Of a stretch of 64,000 bases of DNA, positions 37,420 to 46,524 are shown piece by piece (positions within the stretch are counted from its first letter, which is position 1; every line of letters starts with the position of its first letter). The translations under genes were made by a program, and so were the position numbers. The stretch lies in NCBI GenBank assembly GCA_025966335.1, contig JAICRS010000001.1, positions 5,613-69,612 on the forward strand, given 5' to 3'. Below the pieces are notes generated by a model. That model worked only from the letters and a program-made list of their open reading frames with translations. It had not been told where the DNA came from and made no database searches. The DNA comes from Nocardioidaceae bacterium (GTDB taxonomy: Bacteria > Actinomycetota > Actinomycetes > Propionibacteriales > Nocardioidaceae).

Positions 37420-38846
37420 TGCAAGGATTCCTGGATCTCCGTGACGGCCTCGTCCGCCTGCTGTGCCGCTTCCTCGGCGCTGAGCTGCCCGGTCGTCACG
37501 CCGTTGACCGACTGCGCCACCGGGAGCTCTCCCAGTGTCGCGCCGAGCAGCTCACCCGCGCCCTGCGTGATGGCCCAGCGCTGGATGGTGTCCGGCGCGG
37601 TGCGGAGGGCGTCCAGCACCTCGGCGGAGTAGAAGTCGCTCAGCGGCGCCTTGGTGTCGACCCCGGCCGGCAGCTCGGCCCACTGGTCGATGAACGTCGT
37701 CGGCTCCTCGGCCGTGCCCTGCCGGGTGGGGATCTTGCCCTCGGGGGCGAAGCCGATCCAGTCCATGTAGCCGTCAGTCATCATGTAGGAGATGAACTCC
37801 TGACTCGCGTCGGCGTTCGACTCCGCGGTGGCCACCCAGGAGACCACCTCGCCGAACTGCGCCGGCTCCTCGCCATCCGGTCCCTGGACCGCGGTCACCA
37901 CGCCACTGTTCTCGGCGAGGTAAGCGGGGTTGTCGTTGCACTGCTGGCAGGTCGGCAACGCGTCGTTCCGCAGACCCGCCATCTCGTCGAGGATGAAGGA
38001 TGACCAGATCACCATCGCGGCGTCCCCCGCGAAGTACGTCGCCCTGGTGGTGTCGACGTCCTGGGCGCCTGGCACCGAGTAGTTCTGGATCAGCTCACCG
38101 TAGAAGTCGAAGGCACCGACACAGTTCTCACTGTCGAGCGGGATGTCGCCGTCGTCGGTGACCAGCTCACAGCCGTTGCCGAGCGCCAAGTGCTCGAAGG
38201 TCTGCTCGGTGAAGACGTCGTTGGGGATGTTGGCCCCGACGAACCCTGCCACCTGCTGGCTGTCCAGCTGCTGGGCAGCGGCCAGGATGTCGTCGTAGGT
38301 CTCCGGTGCGGGCAGGCCGGCCTCGTCGAACAGGTCCTGTCGGTAGACCAGCAGCTGTGCCCAGCCGTCGCTGGGAACCGAGAGCTGCTCGTCACCCTCA
38401 CTGGTGAGGGCCAGTGCCTGCTCGGAGAACGTGTCGGCTCCGAGCTCCTCGACCACGGCTCCCGCGGTCTCGGTGTCGAGCAGGTCGTTGACCGCGAGCT
38501 CACGGACACCGGCCAGGGAGAGTGCACCGATCACGTCCGGCAGCTCACCGGCCGCGGCGGCGGAGGTGAGCAGCTGGCTGTACTGGTCCTCCGCGATCCC
38601 GACCAGCTCGACGTTGATCCCGGTCTCCTGGGTGAACGTCTGGGCGATCTGCTCCTGGGCCTGCATCCGGTCGGGGAGGTTCTCCAGGGTCCAGACGGTG
38701 ATCGCGTTGCCGCCATCCGCGCCGTTCTCGTCGTCACCGCCGCAGGCCGCCAGCGTGACCAGCAGGCTGGTGGCGAGTCCTGTCGCAGCGATCTTCCGCA
38801 GGGCCGGCCGTGAGAACCGGGCGGGACTGGTGTGGCCTGTGCGCAT
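37416..38846 (-). CDS. Carbohydrate ABC transporter substrate-binding lipoprotein
   Basis: Lipobox LAAC; GELPDV, LVYRQDLFDEAGL..PETYDD, FAGDAAM. RBS GGAGG before ATG 38846. Confidence 0.9.
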   Translation of the reverse strand: MRTGHTSPARFSRPALRKIAATGLATSLLVTLAACGGDDENGADGGNAITVWTLENLPDRMQAQEQIAQTFTQETGINVELVGIAEDQYSQLLTSAAAAGELPDVIGALSLAGVRELAVNDLLDTETAGAVVEELGADTFSEQALALTSEGDEQLSVPSDGWAQLLVYRQDLFDEAGLPAPETYDDILAAAQQLDSQQVAGFVGANIPNDVFTEQTFEHLALGNGCELVTDDGDIPLDSENCVGAFDFYGELIQNYSVPGAQDVDTTRATYFAGDAAMVIWSSFILDEMAGLRNDALPTCQQCNDNPAYLAENSGVVTAVQGPDGEEPAQFGEVVSWVATAESNADASQEFISYMMTDGYMDWIGFAPEGKIPTRQGTAEEPTTFIDQWAELPAGVDTKAPLSDFYSAEVLDALRTAPDTIQRWAITQGAGELLGATLGELPVAQSVNGVTTGQLSAEEAAQQADEAVTEIQESLQ

Positions 38847-38862
38847 GGGATCCTCCGCGGTG

Positions 38863-38889
38863 ACTTTTATTCGGCTGTTAGACAAAAGT
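38863..38889. promoter_or_regulatory. Putative ROK-repressor operator (copy 2) between divergent ABC and ROK genes
   Basis: Imperfect palindrome ACTTTTATTCGGCTGTTAGACAAAAGT. Confidence 0.68.
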
Positions 38890-38929
38890 AGGCGACGCCG
38901 AACGAGCAGGTCAAGGTAATCTCTGGTGC

Positions 38930-40153
38930 GTGCGACCCATCGGCAGGCAGCTTTCCTCGGGCACCTCCACCACGGCAGGCCTGATGCCGGTTGGCACCAT
39001 GACGCACGGTGAGGTCCTGCATCTGCTCCGTACGCACGGCCCCCTCACCCGCAAGGATCTGCTCGCGCTGTCCCGGCTCTCACGCACGACGCTGGTCGAG
39101 CGGATCGACACGCTGCAACAGCTTCGCCTGATCAGGGAAGGCCGGCGTGGCGTCGCCGGAACGGGACGCCCGCCTGTGCTGCTCGAGTTCGACGAGACGA
39201 GCCGGACCACCCTGACCTTCGACGTGGGTGCCGCCCACGCGCTGATCGCGATCACGGACCTCGCGGCTCGCCGGCTGGCGGTACGCGAGCTGCCGATCGA
39301 CCTGACCGGCCGGCCTGCCCCTGTTCTGCGGAAGCTGGTGACGGCCGGTCGACAGCTGTTGGAGACCGCGAGCCCGGACGGTGCGGAGCTCCTCGGAGTC
39401 GGCTTCAGCTTCCCCGGGCTGCAGGGCAGGGTCGACGGCACGATCGAGGCGCCGGCCGTGCTGTCGCACTGGGACGGTCGCCCGGTGGCCGAACCGTTCG
39501 AGCGTGCGTTCGGGAGACCGGTGGTCGTCGCCAATGACGCGCATGCGATGGCCTACGGCGAGTCCGTGGCCGACGGACGTGGCCGCACGGTGATCGTCGT
39601 GAAGCTGGCCACGGGCATCGGGGCGGGGCTGGTGGTGGACGGCCGGCTGCACACCGGCGACTCCCACGGAGCCGGACAGTTCGGGCACATGCGCGTCCCC
39701 GGGCTGGAAGAGGACTGCACCTGCGGCCAGCGGGGCTGCCTGGCCACCGTGGCCAGCGGGCGGGCACTGCTGCGCCGGCTCGCACCGTACGGCGTGACCT
39801 CCCTGCCCGACATCGTGAACGGGGTCGTGTCCGGCGATCGTGCCTGCGAGGAGGCACTGGCCGATGCCGGCCGTGCGGTCGGCACCGTGCTGTCGGGAGT
39901 GGCCACGATGATCGACCCAGGAGTGATCCTGTTCGGCGGCACGCTCGGCGTGCTCGACCCCTTCGTCGACGCGGCCCGCGAAAGCATCCTCGGCCTCACC
40001 TATCCACGCACCGCCCAGGAGATCCATGTCGGCCGCACGGTACTCGGCGACGAGTCGGCGGTCACAGGTCTGGCTGCGATGATCGTGGACTCAGCGCTCC
40101 AGCCGGACGCCGTGGACCACCTGGTGGCGGCCCGGCCCGATGGCGCCGCCTGA
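38930..40153 (+). CDS. ROK family transcriptional regulator
   Basis: N-terminal HTH (GPLTRKDL..LSRTTL..GRPP), VANDAHAMAYGE, GIGAGLV, GQFGH, CTCGQRGCL. Start is uncertain (38930, 38984 or 38999). Confidence 0.9.
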   Translation: MRPIGRQLSSGTSTTAGLMPVGTMTHGEVLHLLRTHGPLTRKDLLALSRLSRTTLVERIDTLQQLRLIREGRRGVAGTGRPPVLLEFDETSRTTLTFDVGAAHALIAITDLAARRLAVRELPIDLTGRPAPVLRKLVTAGRQLLETASPDGAELLGVGFSFPGLQGRVDGTIEAPAVLSHWDGRPVAEPFERAFGRPVVVANDAHAMAYGESVADGRGRTVIVVKLATGIGAGLVVDGRLHTGDSHGAGQFGHMRVPGLEEDCTCGQRGCLATVASGRALLRRLAPYGVTSLPDIVNGVVSGDRACEEALADAGRAVGTVLSGVATMIDPGVILFGGTLGVLDPFVDAARESILGLTYPRTAQEIHVGRTVLGDESAVTGLAAMIVDSALQPDAVDHLVAARPDGAA

Positions 40154-40452
40154 GCCGGGGCGTTCATCGGCAGGGACGACAGTGGCGCCGCTCCGGGCGC
40201 GTCTGCCGTGGTCTCGCCGTACTCGGGCACGCGTGGTCAGGGAGCACCGGCCGCACGAACGTGCAGACTTCCGGCGTCGGGCCGCGAGCTCTCGCGGGAG
40301 GATCAGGGCCGGCCGTGGCTCACTCAGTTGCAACGGCATCCGTCCGGCGAGAATCTGATGTCGTTGGGATCGAGTGAACCCGGGAACCACGGACCCTGAA
40401 GGTGGGTTGCACGTTGCGCTTCCTTCGAACATGGCCCCGCTCAAGGGCGAGG

Positions 40453-40536
40453 TGTCATTGGTGTCCATATGGATGCCAACGACATGTCCGGATGCCGAAA
40501 CCGACGTCGTTCCCGTCCATATGGACGACATTGACA
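40453..40536. repeat. Imperfect long inverted repeat (REP/MITE-like) containing two TCCATATGGA palindromes
   Basis: Left arm TGTCATTGGTGTCCATATGGATGCCAACGAC; reverse complement of right arm TGTCAATGTCGTCCATATGGACGGGAACGAC. Confidence 0.65.
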
Positions 40537-40579
40537 GCCGCGAGGCGCACGGGTGTCAACACACAGGACAGAGCGCCGG

Positions 40580-41620
40580 TTACATCGCTCCGGCTCGAGG
40601 TGATGGGGCCTCCGGGGTCAGCGCACGCCCGGCCTGCTTCGGCGAGAGATGTCCCGCCTCGACCAGCCACCGGATGGTGTCCCGCAATGAGTCCTGCAGC
40701 GTCCGTCCGCTGATGCCGAGGTCGTTCACGGTGGAGGAAGGGTCTGCGACCGTGCCGAGCGAAATGACCCGCGCGCCCTCGAGTGCACCGGGGAGGAACG
40801 ACCATCCGGTCAGGTACCCCGGCAGCACGCCCGGTGTGATCACTCCCATCGGCAGGAGCATCAGAGGCAACCGCCGGCCGGTTACCTCGGACAGCCGGGC
40901 GTGCGGCGCAGCCACGTTCTCCCCGGGCACAAGGAACCGGCCTCCCGGTCGGTCCAGGGCCGCGGCGATGACGTCGGCTGTGTCACGGACGTCGACCCAT
41001 TGCAGACCACCGCGGGGCCAGGTGGGCAGTCGCCCCCGCAGGATGTCGCGCACCACCGCGTTGCTCTCCCCGAGATAGGGGTCGTGCGGGCCGATGATGC
41101 CGCCTGGGTTGACGATCGCCACCGGAGCCCCCGCCTGCTGACGCTCCCGTGCCACCCGCTCGGACTCCACCTTGCTCGTCGTGTAGGGCCCGATCCCGGC
41201 TCCCAGAAGACTTCGGTGGTCCAGGACCGCGCCCTTGTGGAGCAATGCGGCGATCGATGAGACCTGCACGATGCCGCGGCACCCTTCGGCGATCGCAGCG
41301 TCCAGCACGTTCTTCGTTCCGAGCACGTTCTCGTCTCGCATCCGCTTCTCGTCGCGGCGCCGGTAGGAGAAGGTGGCGGCCGCGTGCACAGCCAGGTCGC
41401 AGTCGGCAACGGCCGCCTGCACCGCCGATGCGTCGGTCATGTCGCCCTGGAACACCTCGATGCGAGGATCCTCGATGTCGACACCCAGCGGGCGAAGATG
41501 GTCGCGCAGCCGCTCCGGGGTGCGGACAAGGCCCCGAACCGTATGGCCGTCGTCGAGCAGCCGCGCCGTGGTGTGCGCGCCGAGGAACCCGGATGCGCCG
41601 GTCAGGAGAACTCTGGACAT
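40580..41620 (-). CDS. NAD-dependent epimerase/dehydratase (extended SDR, dihydroflavonol-reductase-like)
   Basis: VLLTGASGFLG, HAAA, NVLGT, VSSIAA, YTTSK, WVDVRD. Start ATG 41620. Confidence 0.88.
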   Translation of the reverse strand: MSRVLLTGASGFLGAHTTARLLDDGHTVRGLVRTPERLRDHLRPLGVDIEDPRIEVFQGDMTDASAVQAAVADCDLAVHAAATFSYRRRDEKRMRDENVLGTKNVLDAAIAEGCRGIVQVSSIAALLHKGAVLDHRSLLGAGIGPYTTSKVESERVARERQQAGAPVAIVNPGGIIGPHDPYLGESNAVVRDILRGRLPTWPRGGLQWVDVRDTADVIAAALDRPGGRFLVPGENVAAPHARLSEVTGRRLPLMLLPMGVITPGVLPGYLTGWSFLPGALEGARVISLGTVADPSSTVNDLGISGRTLQDSLRDTIRWLVEAGHLSPKQAGRALTPEAPSPRAGAM

Positions 41621-41841
41621 GGCGGCCGCTCGTTTCGTTGCTCGGCTCTTCCTCAGCATGCCCAAGCCACAGTTCCGGGACCATAGTCCGAATGGACGGC
41701 CACCGAGGTGACGCACGGAACGCTCAAGGCGACGCGCGATCCGGCGCCCCGAGCGCTGTCGCGAACCAAGCACGTCGGGCTATGGTCGCAGCGTGAGCGA
41801 TGCGCCGATGTGCTCTCGTCCGCCGTTCTCGAAGGAGCCAC

Positions 41842-43569
41842 ATGGCCACTGTCGCTGAGTTCATCGCCGACAGCCTCGTCGCCAGCGGCGTACGTCGTGT
41901 CTACGGCATTCCTGGGGACTCCCTCAACGGCTTCACCGACGCGCTGCGGACCCGCCCGGAACTGGCCTGGGTCCACGTCCGGCACGAGGAGGCAGCCGCG
42001 TTCGCCGCCTCCGCGGAGGCCGGCCTGACCGGCGAGCTCGCGGTGTGCGCCGGCAGCTGTGGTCCCGGGAACCTGCACCTGATCAACGGCCTGTACGACG
42101 CCCAACGCTCCCGGGTGCCGGTGCTGGCCATAGCCGCGCACATTCCCAGCGCGGAGATCGGGTCCAACTACTTCCAGGAGACCCATCCCCAGGAGCTGTT
42201 CCGCGAATGCAGCGTCTACGTCGAGCACGTCGCGCACGCCGAGCAGATGCCCCGCCTGCTGCGGATCGCCATCCGCGAGGCACTCACCAAACGTGGCGTG
42301 GCCGTGCTGGTGATCCCGGGTGATATCGGCCTGGCCAAGATCGAGGCCGAGGCCGAGGCCGAGCGGATCGTCGCCTCGCACGCCCAGACCGTGCCCGACC
42401 CGGCTGAGCTGGCCGCTGCGGCCAGGGTCCTCAACGCCGGCTCGAAGGTGACGATCCTCGCCGGCGCGGGCTGCCAGGGCGCACATGACGAGCTGGTCGA
42501 GCTGGCCGCGACCCTGAAGTCACCGATCGTGCATGCGCTGCGCGGCAAGGAGTTCGTCGAGCACGACAATCCCTACGACGTCGGGATGACCGGGTTGCTC
42601 GGGTTCTCGTCGGGCTATCGGGCGATGGAGCACTGCGACACCCTGCTGATGCTCGGCACCGACTTCCCCTACCAGCAGTTCTTCCCCAAGGGAGCCACGA
42701 TCGTCCAGGTCGACCTGCGCGGCTCGCAGCTGGGTCGTCGCACCAAGGTCGACATCGGTCTGATCGGAGGCGTGAAGGAGACGATCCGTGCGCTGCTGCC
42801 GCAGCTGGAGGCCAAGAAGTCGAGCAAGCACCTCGACGCCATGCTCAAGCACTACGCCAGGACCCGCAAGGACCTGGACGAGCTGGCCACGGCGCGCCGG
42901 GGGTCGAAGCCGATCCACCCGCAGTACCTCGCCAAGCTGATCGACGATGTCGCTGACGACGACGCCGTGTTCATCCCGGACGTGGGGTCACCGGTGGTGT
43001 GGGCGGCTCGCTACGTGCACATGAACGGAAAGCGCCGCCTGATCGGGTCGTTCAGCCACGGCTCGATGGCGAACGCGCTGCCGCAGGGCATCGGCGCCCA
43101 GGTAGCCTTCCCCGACCGGCAGGTGGTGGCGCTCGCCGGCGACGGCGGGCTGACGATGCTGATGGGCGAGCTGGTGACACTGACCCAGATGAAGCTGCCG
43201 GTCAAGGTCGTCGTGTTCAACAACTCCTCGCTGAACTTCGTGGAGCTGGAGATGAAGGCGGCCGGGATCGTCAACTTCGCGACCGACTTGGCCAACCCCG
43301 ACTTCGCCCAGGTCGGCGACGCCCTGAACGTGAAGGGCTGGCGGGTCGAGCGGTCCAAGGACCTGCCCAAGGCGGTGAAGGCATTCCTCGCGCACGACGG
43401 GCCGGCCATCCTCGACGTCGTGACAGAGCGGCAGGAGCTTTCGATCCCACCGGCGGTGTCCCTGGAACAGGCGAAAGGATTCGCGCTGTTCGCCGTCCGC
43501 ACGGTGCTCTCCGGCAAGGGCACCGAGCTCATCGACCTGGCGCGGACGAACATGCGACAGATCTTCTAG
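41842..43569 (+). CDS. poxB: Pyruvate dehydrogenase (quinone) / pyruvate oxidase
   Basis: YGIPGDSLNG, VRHEEAAAFAA, GSCGPGNLHLINGLYDA, YFQETHP, GSMANALPQ, TPP motif GDGG...NNSSLNFVELEMKA. Confidence 0.93.
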   Translation: MATVAEFIADSLVASGVRRVYGIPGDSLNGFTDALRTRPELAWVHVRHEEAAAFAASAEAGLTGELAVCAGSCGPGNLHLINGLYDAQRSRVPVLAIAAHIPSAEIGSNYFQETHPQELFRECSVYVEHVAHAEQMPRLLRIAIREALTKRGVAVLVIPGDIGLAKIEAEAEAERIVASHAQTVPDPAELAAAARVLNAGSKVTILAGAGCQGAHDELVELAATLKSPIVHALRGKEFVEHDNPYDVGMTGLLGFSSGYRAMEHCDTLLMLGTDFPYQQFFPKGATIVQVDLRGSQLGRRTKVDIGLIGGVKETIRALLPQLEAKKSSKHLDAMLKHYARTRKDLDELATARRGSKPIHPQYLAKLIDDVADDDAVFIPDVGSPVVWAARYVHMNGKRRLIGSFSHGSMANALPQGIGAQVAFPDRQVVALAGDGGLTMLMGELVTLTQMKLPVKVVVFNNSSLNFVELEMKAAGIVNFATDLANPDFAQVGDALNVKGWRVERSKDLPKAVKAFLAHDGPAILDVVTERQELSIPPAVSLEQAKGFALFAVRTVLSGKGTELIDLARTNMRQIF

Positions 43570-43586
43570 CGCGGTCCGGAAACGAC

Positions 43587-43610
43587 AAAAGACCCGGTCA
43601 GACCGGGTCT
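43587..43610 (-). terminator. Intrinsic terminator downstream of tRNA-Leu (may also serve poxB)
   Basis: Minus strand AGACCCGGTC-T-GACCGGGTCT followed by TTTGTCGTTT. Confidence 0.7.
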
Positions 43611-43617
43611 CCTGGAG

Positions 43618-43703
43618 TGTCCGAGGGGGGACTTGAACCCCCACGCCCGATAAAGGGCACTAGCACCTCAAGCTAGCGCGTCTACCTATTCCGCCACCCG
43701 GAC
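43618..43703 (-). tRNA. tRNA-Leu (anticodon GAG)
   Basis: GTCCGGGTGGCGGAATAGGTAGACGCGCTAGCTT-GAG-GTGCTAGTGCCCTTTATCGGGCGTGGGGGTTCAAGTCCCCCCTCGGACA: acceptor stem, D-loop GG, long variable arm, TTCAA T-loop. CCA is not encoded. Confidence 0.96.
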
Positions 43704-43818
43704 AAGGTGTCGCACCTACAACTCTAGATCGAGCCGTAAGTGCGGCGGTAACTCTAGCAAAGAACCGCCCGGGAACTTGCATCGGGCGAGGCTTTCGGAA
43801 GCCTGTAAGGATGTCTCC

Positions 43819-45138
43819 ATGAGCACTCCGTCGCAGCCCGCGCCGCCGTACGACCCGGCGGCCGAAGTGGTCGAGATCTGCCGTGACCTGATCCGGATGG
43901 ACACCACGAACTTCGGGGACAGCTCCGGGCCCGGTGAGCGCAAAGCCGCCGAGCACGTCGCGGGTCTGCTCTCGGACGTCGGGATCGAGCCCGAGCTGTT
44001 CGAGTCCGAACCGGGGCGGACCAGCGTGGTCGCCCGCTGGGGTGGACAGGAGGGTGATCCGCTACTTCTGCACGGGCACCTCGACGTGGTTCCCGCGGAC
44101 GCCGACGACTGGCAGGTCCACCCGTTCTCCGGTGAGATCCAGGACGGCTACGTCTGGGGCCGCGGCGCGGTGGACATGAAGGACTTCGACGCGATGCTGC
44201 TGTCGGTCGTACGCGCCCGGGCCCGTGCCGGCGTCGTACCGGACCGGCCGATGGTGCTCTGCTTCACCGCCGACGAGGAGGCCGGCGGGCACAAGGGCGC
44301 CGAGCACCTGGTCAAGAACCACGCCGACCTGCTCGCCGACTGCACCGAGGCGATCGGCGAGGTCGGCGGCTTCAGCACCACGGTCCGCGGTCAGCGGCTC
44401 TACCTCATCGAGGCCGCCGAGAAGGGGATGGCGTGGATGCGGCTGACCGCCAGGGGCAACGCCGGGCACGGGTCGATGCGGCACCCGGACAACGCGGTCA
44501 CCGAGCTCGCGGCCGCGGTGGCCCGGCTCGGACAGCACGAGTGGCCGGTGCGGCTGACGCCGTCGATGCAGGTGCTGCTCTCCGCGGTCGGCGAGATCGC
44601 CGGCGTCGCGGCAACCCCGGAGAACGCGGAGTCGCTGGTCCAGGAGTTCGGCTCCGCGACCCGGATGCTGGGTGCGGTGATCAAGCACACCACCAACCCG
44701 ACGATGCTCAAGGCCGGCTACAAGGTGAACGTGGTGCCCGGCGAGGCCGTGGCGCACGTCGACGGCCGGTTCCTGCCCGGCTACGAGGACGAGTTCTTCG
44801 CGACCCTCGCCGAGCTGCTCGGTGAGAACATCTCGGTCGACTACGTCAGCAAGCAGGCCGGCCTGGAGACCACCTTCGACGGCGACCTCGTCGACGCGAT
44901 CACCTCCTCCATCCTCGACGAGGACCCGGAGGCGAAGGTGGCGCCGTACCTGATGTCCGGGGGAACCGACGCCAAGCACTGGGACAAGCTCGGCATCCGC
45001 TGCTTCGGCTTCGCGCCGCTGCGGCTGCCGGCCGACCTCGACTTCACCGCGTTGTTCCACGGGGTCGACGAGCGGGTGCCGGTGGACGCGCTGGAGTTCG
45101 GGGCCAGGGTGTTCGACCGGTTCCTGGACCGCGCCTGA
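43819..45138 (+). CDS. M20/M25/M40 family metallopeptidase/deacylase
   Basis: LLHGHLDVVP, WGRGAVDMK, ADEEAGG, GHGS, GGTDAK, FHGVDER. Confidence 0.92.
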   Translation: MSTPSQPAPPYDPAAEVVEICRDLIRMDTTNFGDSSGPGERKAAEHVAGLLSDVGIEPELFESEPGRTSVVARWGGQEGDPLLLHGHLDVVPADADDWQVHPFSGEIQDGYVWGRGAVDMKDFDAMLLSVVRARARAGVVPDRPMVLCFTADEEAGGHKGAEHLVKNHADLLADCTEAIGEVGGFSTTVRGQRLYLIEAAEKGMAWMRLTARGNAGHGSMRHPDNAVTELAAAVARLGQHEWPVRLTPSMQVLLSAVGEIAGVAATPENAESLVQEFGSATRMLGAVIKHTTNPTMLKAGYKVNVVPGEAVAHVDGRFLPGYEDEFFATLAELLGENISVDYVSKQAGLETTFDGDLVDAITSSILDEDPEAKVAPYLMSGGTDAKHWDKLGIRCFGFAPLRLPADLDFTALFHGVDERVPVDALEFGARVFDRFLDRA

Positions 45139-45144
45139 GGCGGG

Positions 45145-45387
45145 TCAGGCGAAGACGGTCGCGCGCTGCCGGATGATCTTGCGGCGCAGCACGACCTTGC
45201 GGGTGCCGTCCGGGTAGATCCGCACCCGGTCCAGCTCCCAGCCACCGTGCTCGGCGCGGTCGACCAGCATCCGGGTGACGACGTTGCGGGAGAACTCCCG
45301 GGAGAGCGTCAACCGCTCGAACTCGTACTCGACTCCCGGACCGAGGGCCCGGCGCTTCGCGGTGGTGGCGATCGGTGCGCGCGACAT
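45145..45387 (-). CDS. DUF5703 family small protein
   Basis: VEYEF..L....SRN.....L...AEHGGWELDRVRIYPDGTRKVVLRRKI, in the usual position between the M20 and AKR genes. Confidence 0.8.
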   Translation of the reverse strand: MSRAPIATTAKRRALGPGVEYEFERLTLSREFSRNVVTRMLVDRAEHGGWELDRVRIYPDGTRKVVLRRKIIRQRATVFA

Positions 45388-45431
45388 GACGACATGGTGA
45401 CACGAGCCGATGGGCGAGCGCGGCAGATGTC

Positions 45432-46385
45432 TCAGGACTCGTCGGAGGAGACGTCGTCGAGCGCCTCGATGATCTCCTCGGGCAGCTCGCACTCCTCGAC
45501 GGTCAGCGACCCGCGCAGCTGCGCTGCGGTGCGGGCACCGACGATCGGCGCGGTGACCCCGGGCCGGTCCCGGACCCAGGTCAGCGCGACCTCGAGCGGT
45601 GACCAGCTCAGCCCGTCCGCTGCCCGCGCCACCGCCTCCACGACGCGGGCGTTCCGCTCGGTGAGGTAGGCACCGACGAAGTTCGAGAAGTGCGGGGAGG
45701 CGGCCCGGGAGTCGGCAGGCGTCCCGGTCCGGTACTTCCCGGTCAGCACGCCCCGGCCGAGCGGTGACCACGGCAGGACGCCCATCCCCATCGCCTCGGC
45801 GGCGGGCAGCACCTCGGTCTCCACGGCCCGGTTCAGCAGCGAGTACTCCACCTGGTTCGAGGCGAGCGCGGCACGCCCGGGCACGGCCCGCTGCCAGGTC
45901 GCCGCCTGGGCGCTCTGCCAGCCGGTGTAGTTCGAGACCCCGACGTACGACGCGCGCCCGGTCGTCACCGCGTAGTCCAAGGCGGTCAACGTCTCCTCGA
46001 GGGGAACGTCGTCGACCCACGTGTGCACCTGCCACAGGTCCACGTGGTCCACGCCCAGCCGCTTCAACGACGCGTCGAGCGTGCTGATCAGGAATCCCCT
46101 GGAGGTGTTGGTCTCGCGCGCACCCCGTGCCCGGCTGATCCCTGCCTTGGTCGCGATCACCACGTCCTCGCGGGCGACGACGTCACCGATCAGTGAGCCG
46201 ATCAGCTCCTCGGAGGCTCCGTCTCCGTAACCTGCAGCGGTGTCGATCAGGGTGCCGCCGGCCTCGGCGAACGCGACCAGCTGGTCACGCGCCTCGTGCT
46301 CGTCGGTGTCGCGGCCCCAGGTCAGCGTGCCGAGGCCGAGCCGGGAGACCTTGAGGCCGGTGCGACCCAGGAACCGTTGCTGCAT
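45432..46385 (-). CDS. Aldo/keto reductase
   Basis: LGRTGLKVSRLGLGT, IDTAAGYG, IATKAG, VDLWQVH, GVSNY, NQVEYSLL, WSPLGRGVLTGKY. Confidence 0.92.
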   Translation of the reverse strand: MQQRFLGRTGLKVSRLGLGTLTWGRDTDEHEARDQLVAFAEAGGTLIDTAAGYGDGASEELIGSLIGDVVAREDVVIATKAGISRARGARETNTSRGFLISTLDASLKRLGVDHVDLWQVHTWVDDVPLEETLTALDYAVTTGRASYVGVSNYTGWQSAQAATWQRAVPGRAALASNQVEYSLLNRAVETEVLPAAEAMGMGVLPWSPLGRGVLTGKYRTGTPADSRAASPHFSNFVGAYLTERNARVVEAVARAADGLSWSPLEVALTWVRDRPGVTAPIVGARTAAQLRGSLTVEECELPEEIIEALDDVSSDES

Positions 46386-46524
46386 GGAAGGCACGCTATC
46401 GAGGGTCGGCTCGATCGGTCCGTTCGCCTCGCCGTCGGACACGTCACATGTACGCCTGCGCCGTACGGCCACCACCGGTGCGTAGGCTTTCCGAGGCGAT
46501 CGACGCATCCGACTAGGAGAGTAC

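Noticed and set aside
12609-43617. Integrative genomic island anchored at the 3' end of tRNA-Leu
   Set aside because: Accessory-looking genes lie downstream of the tRNA, but I found no integrase, transposase or duplicated tRNA 3' end (att site), and GC/codon style is mostly host-like.
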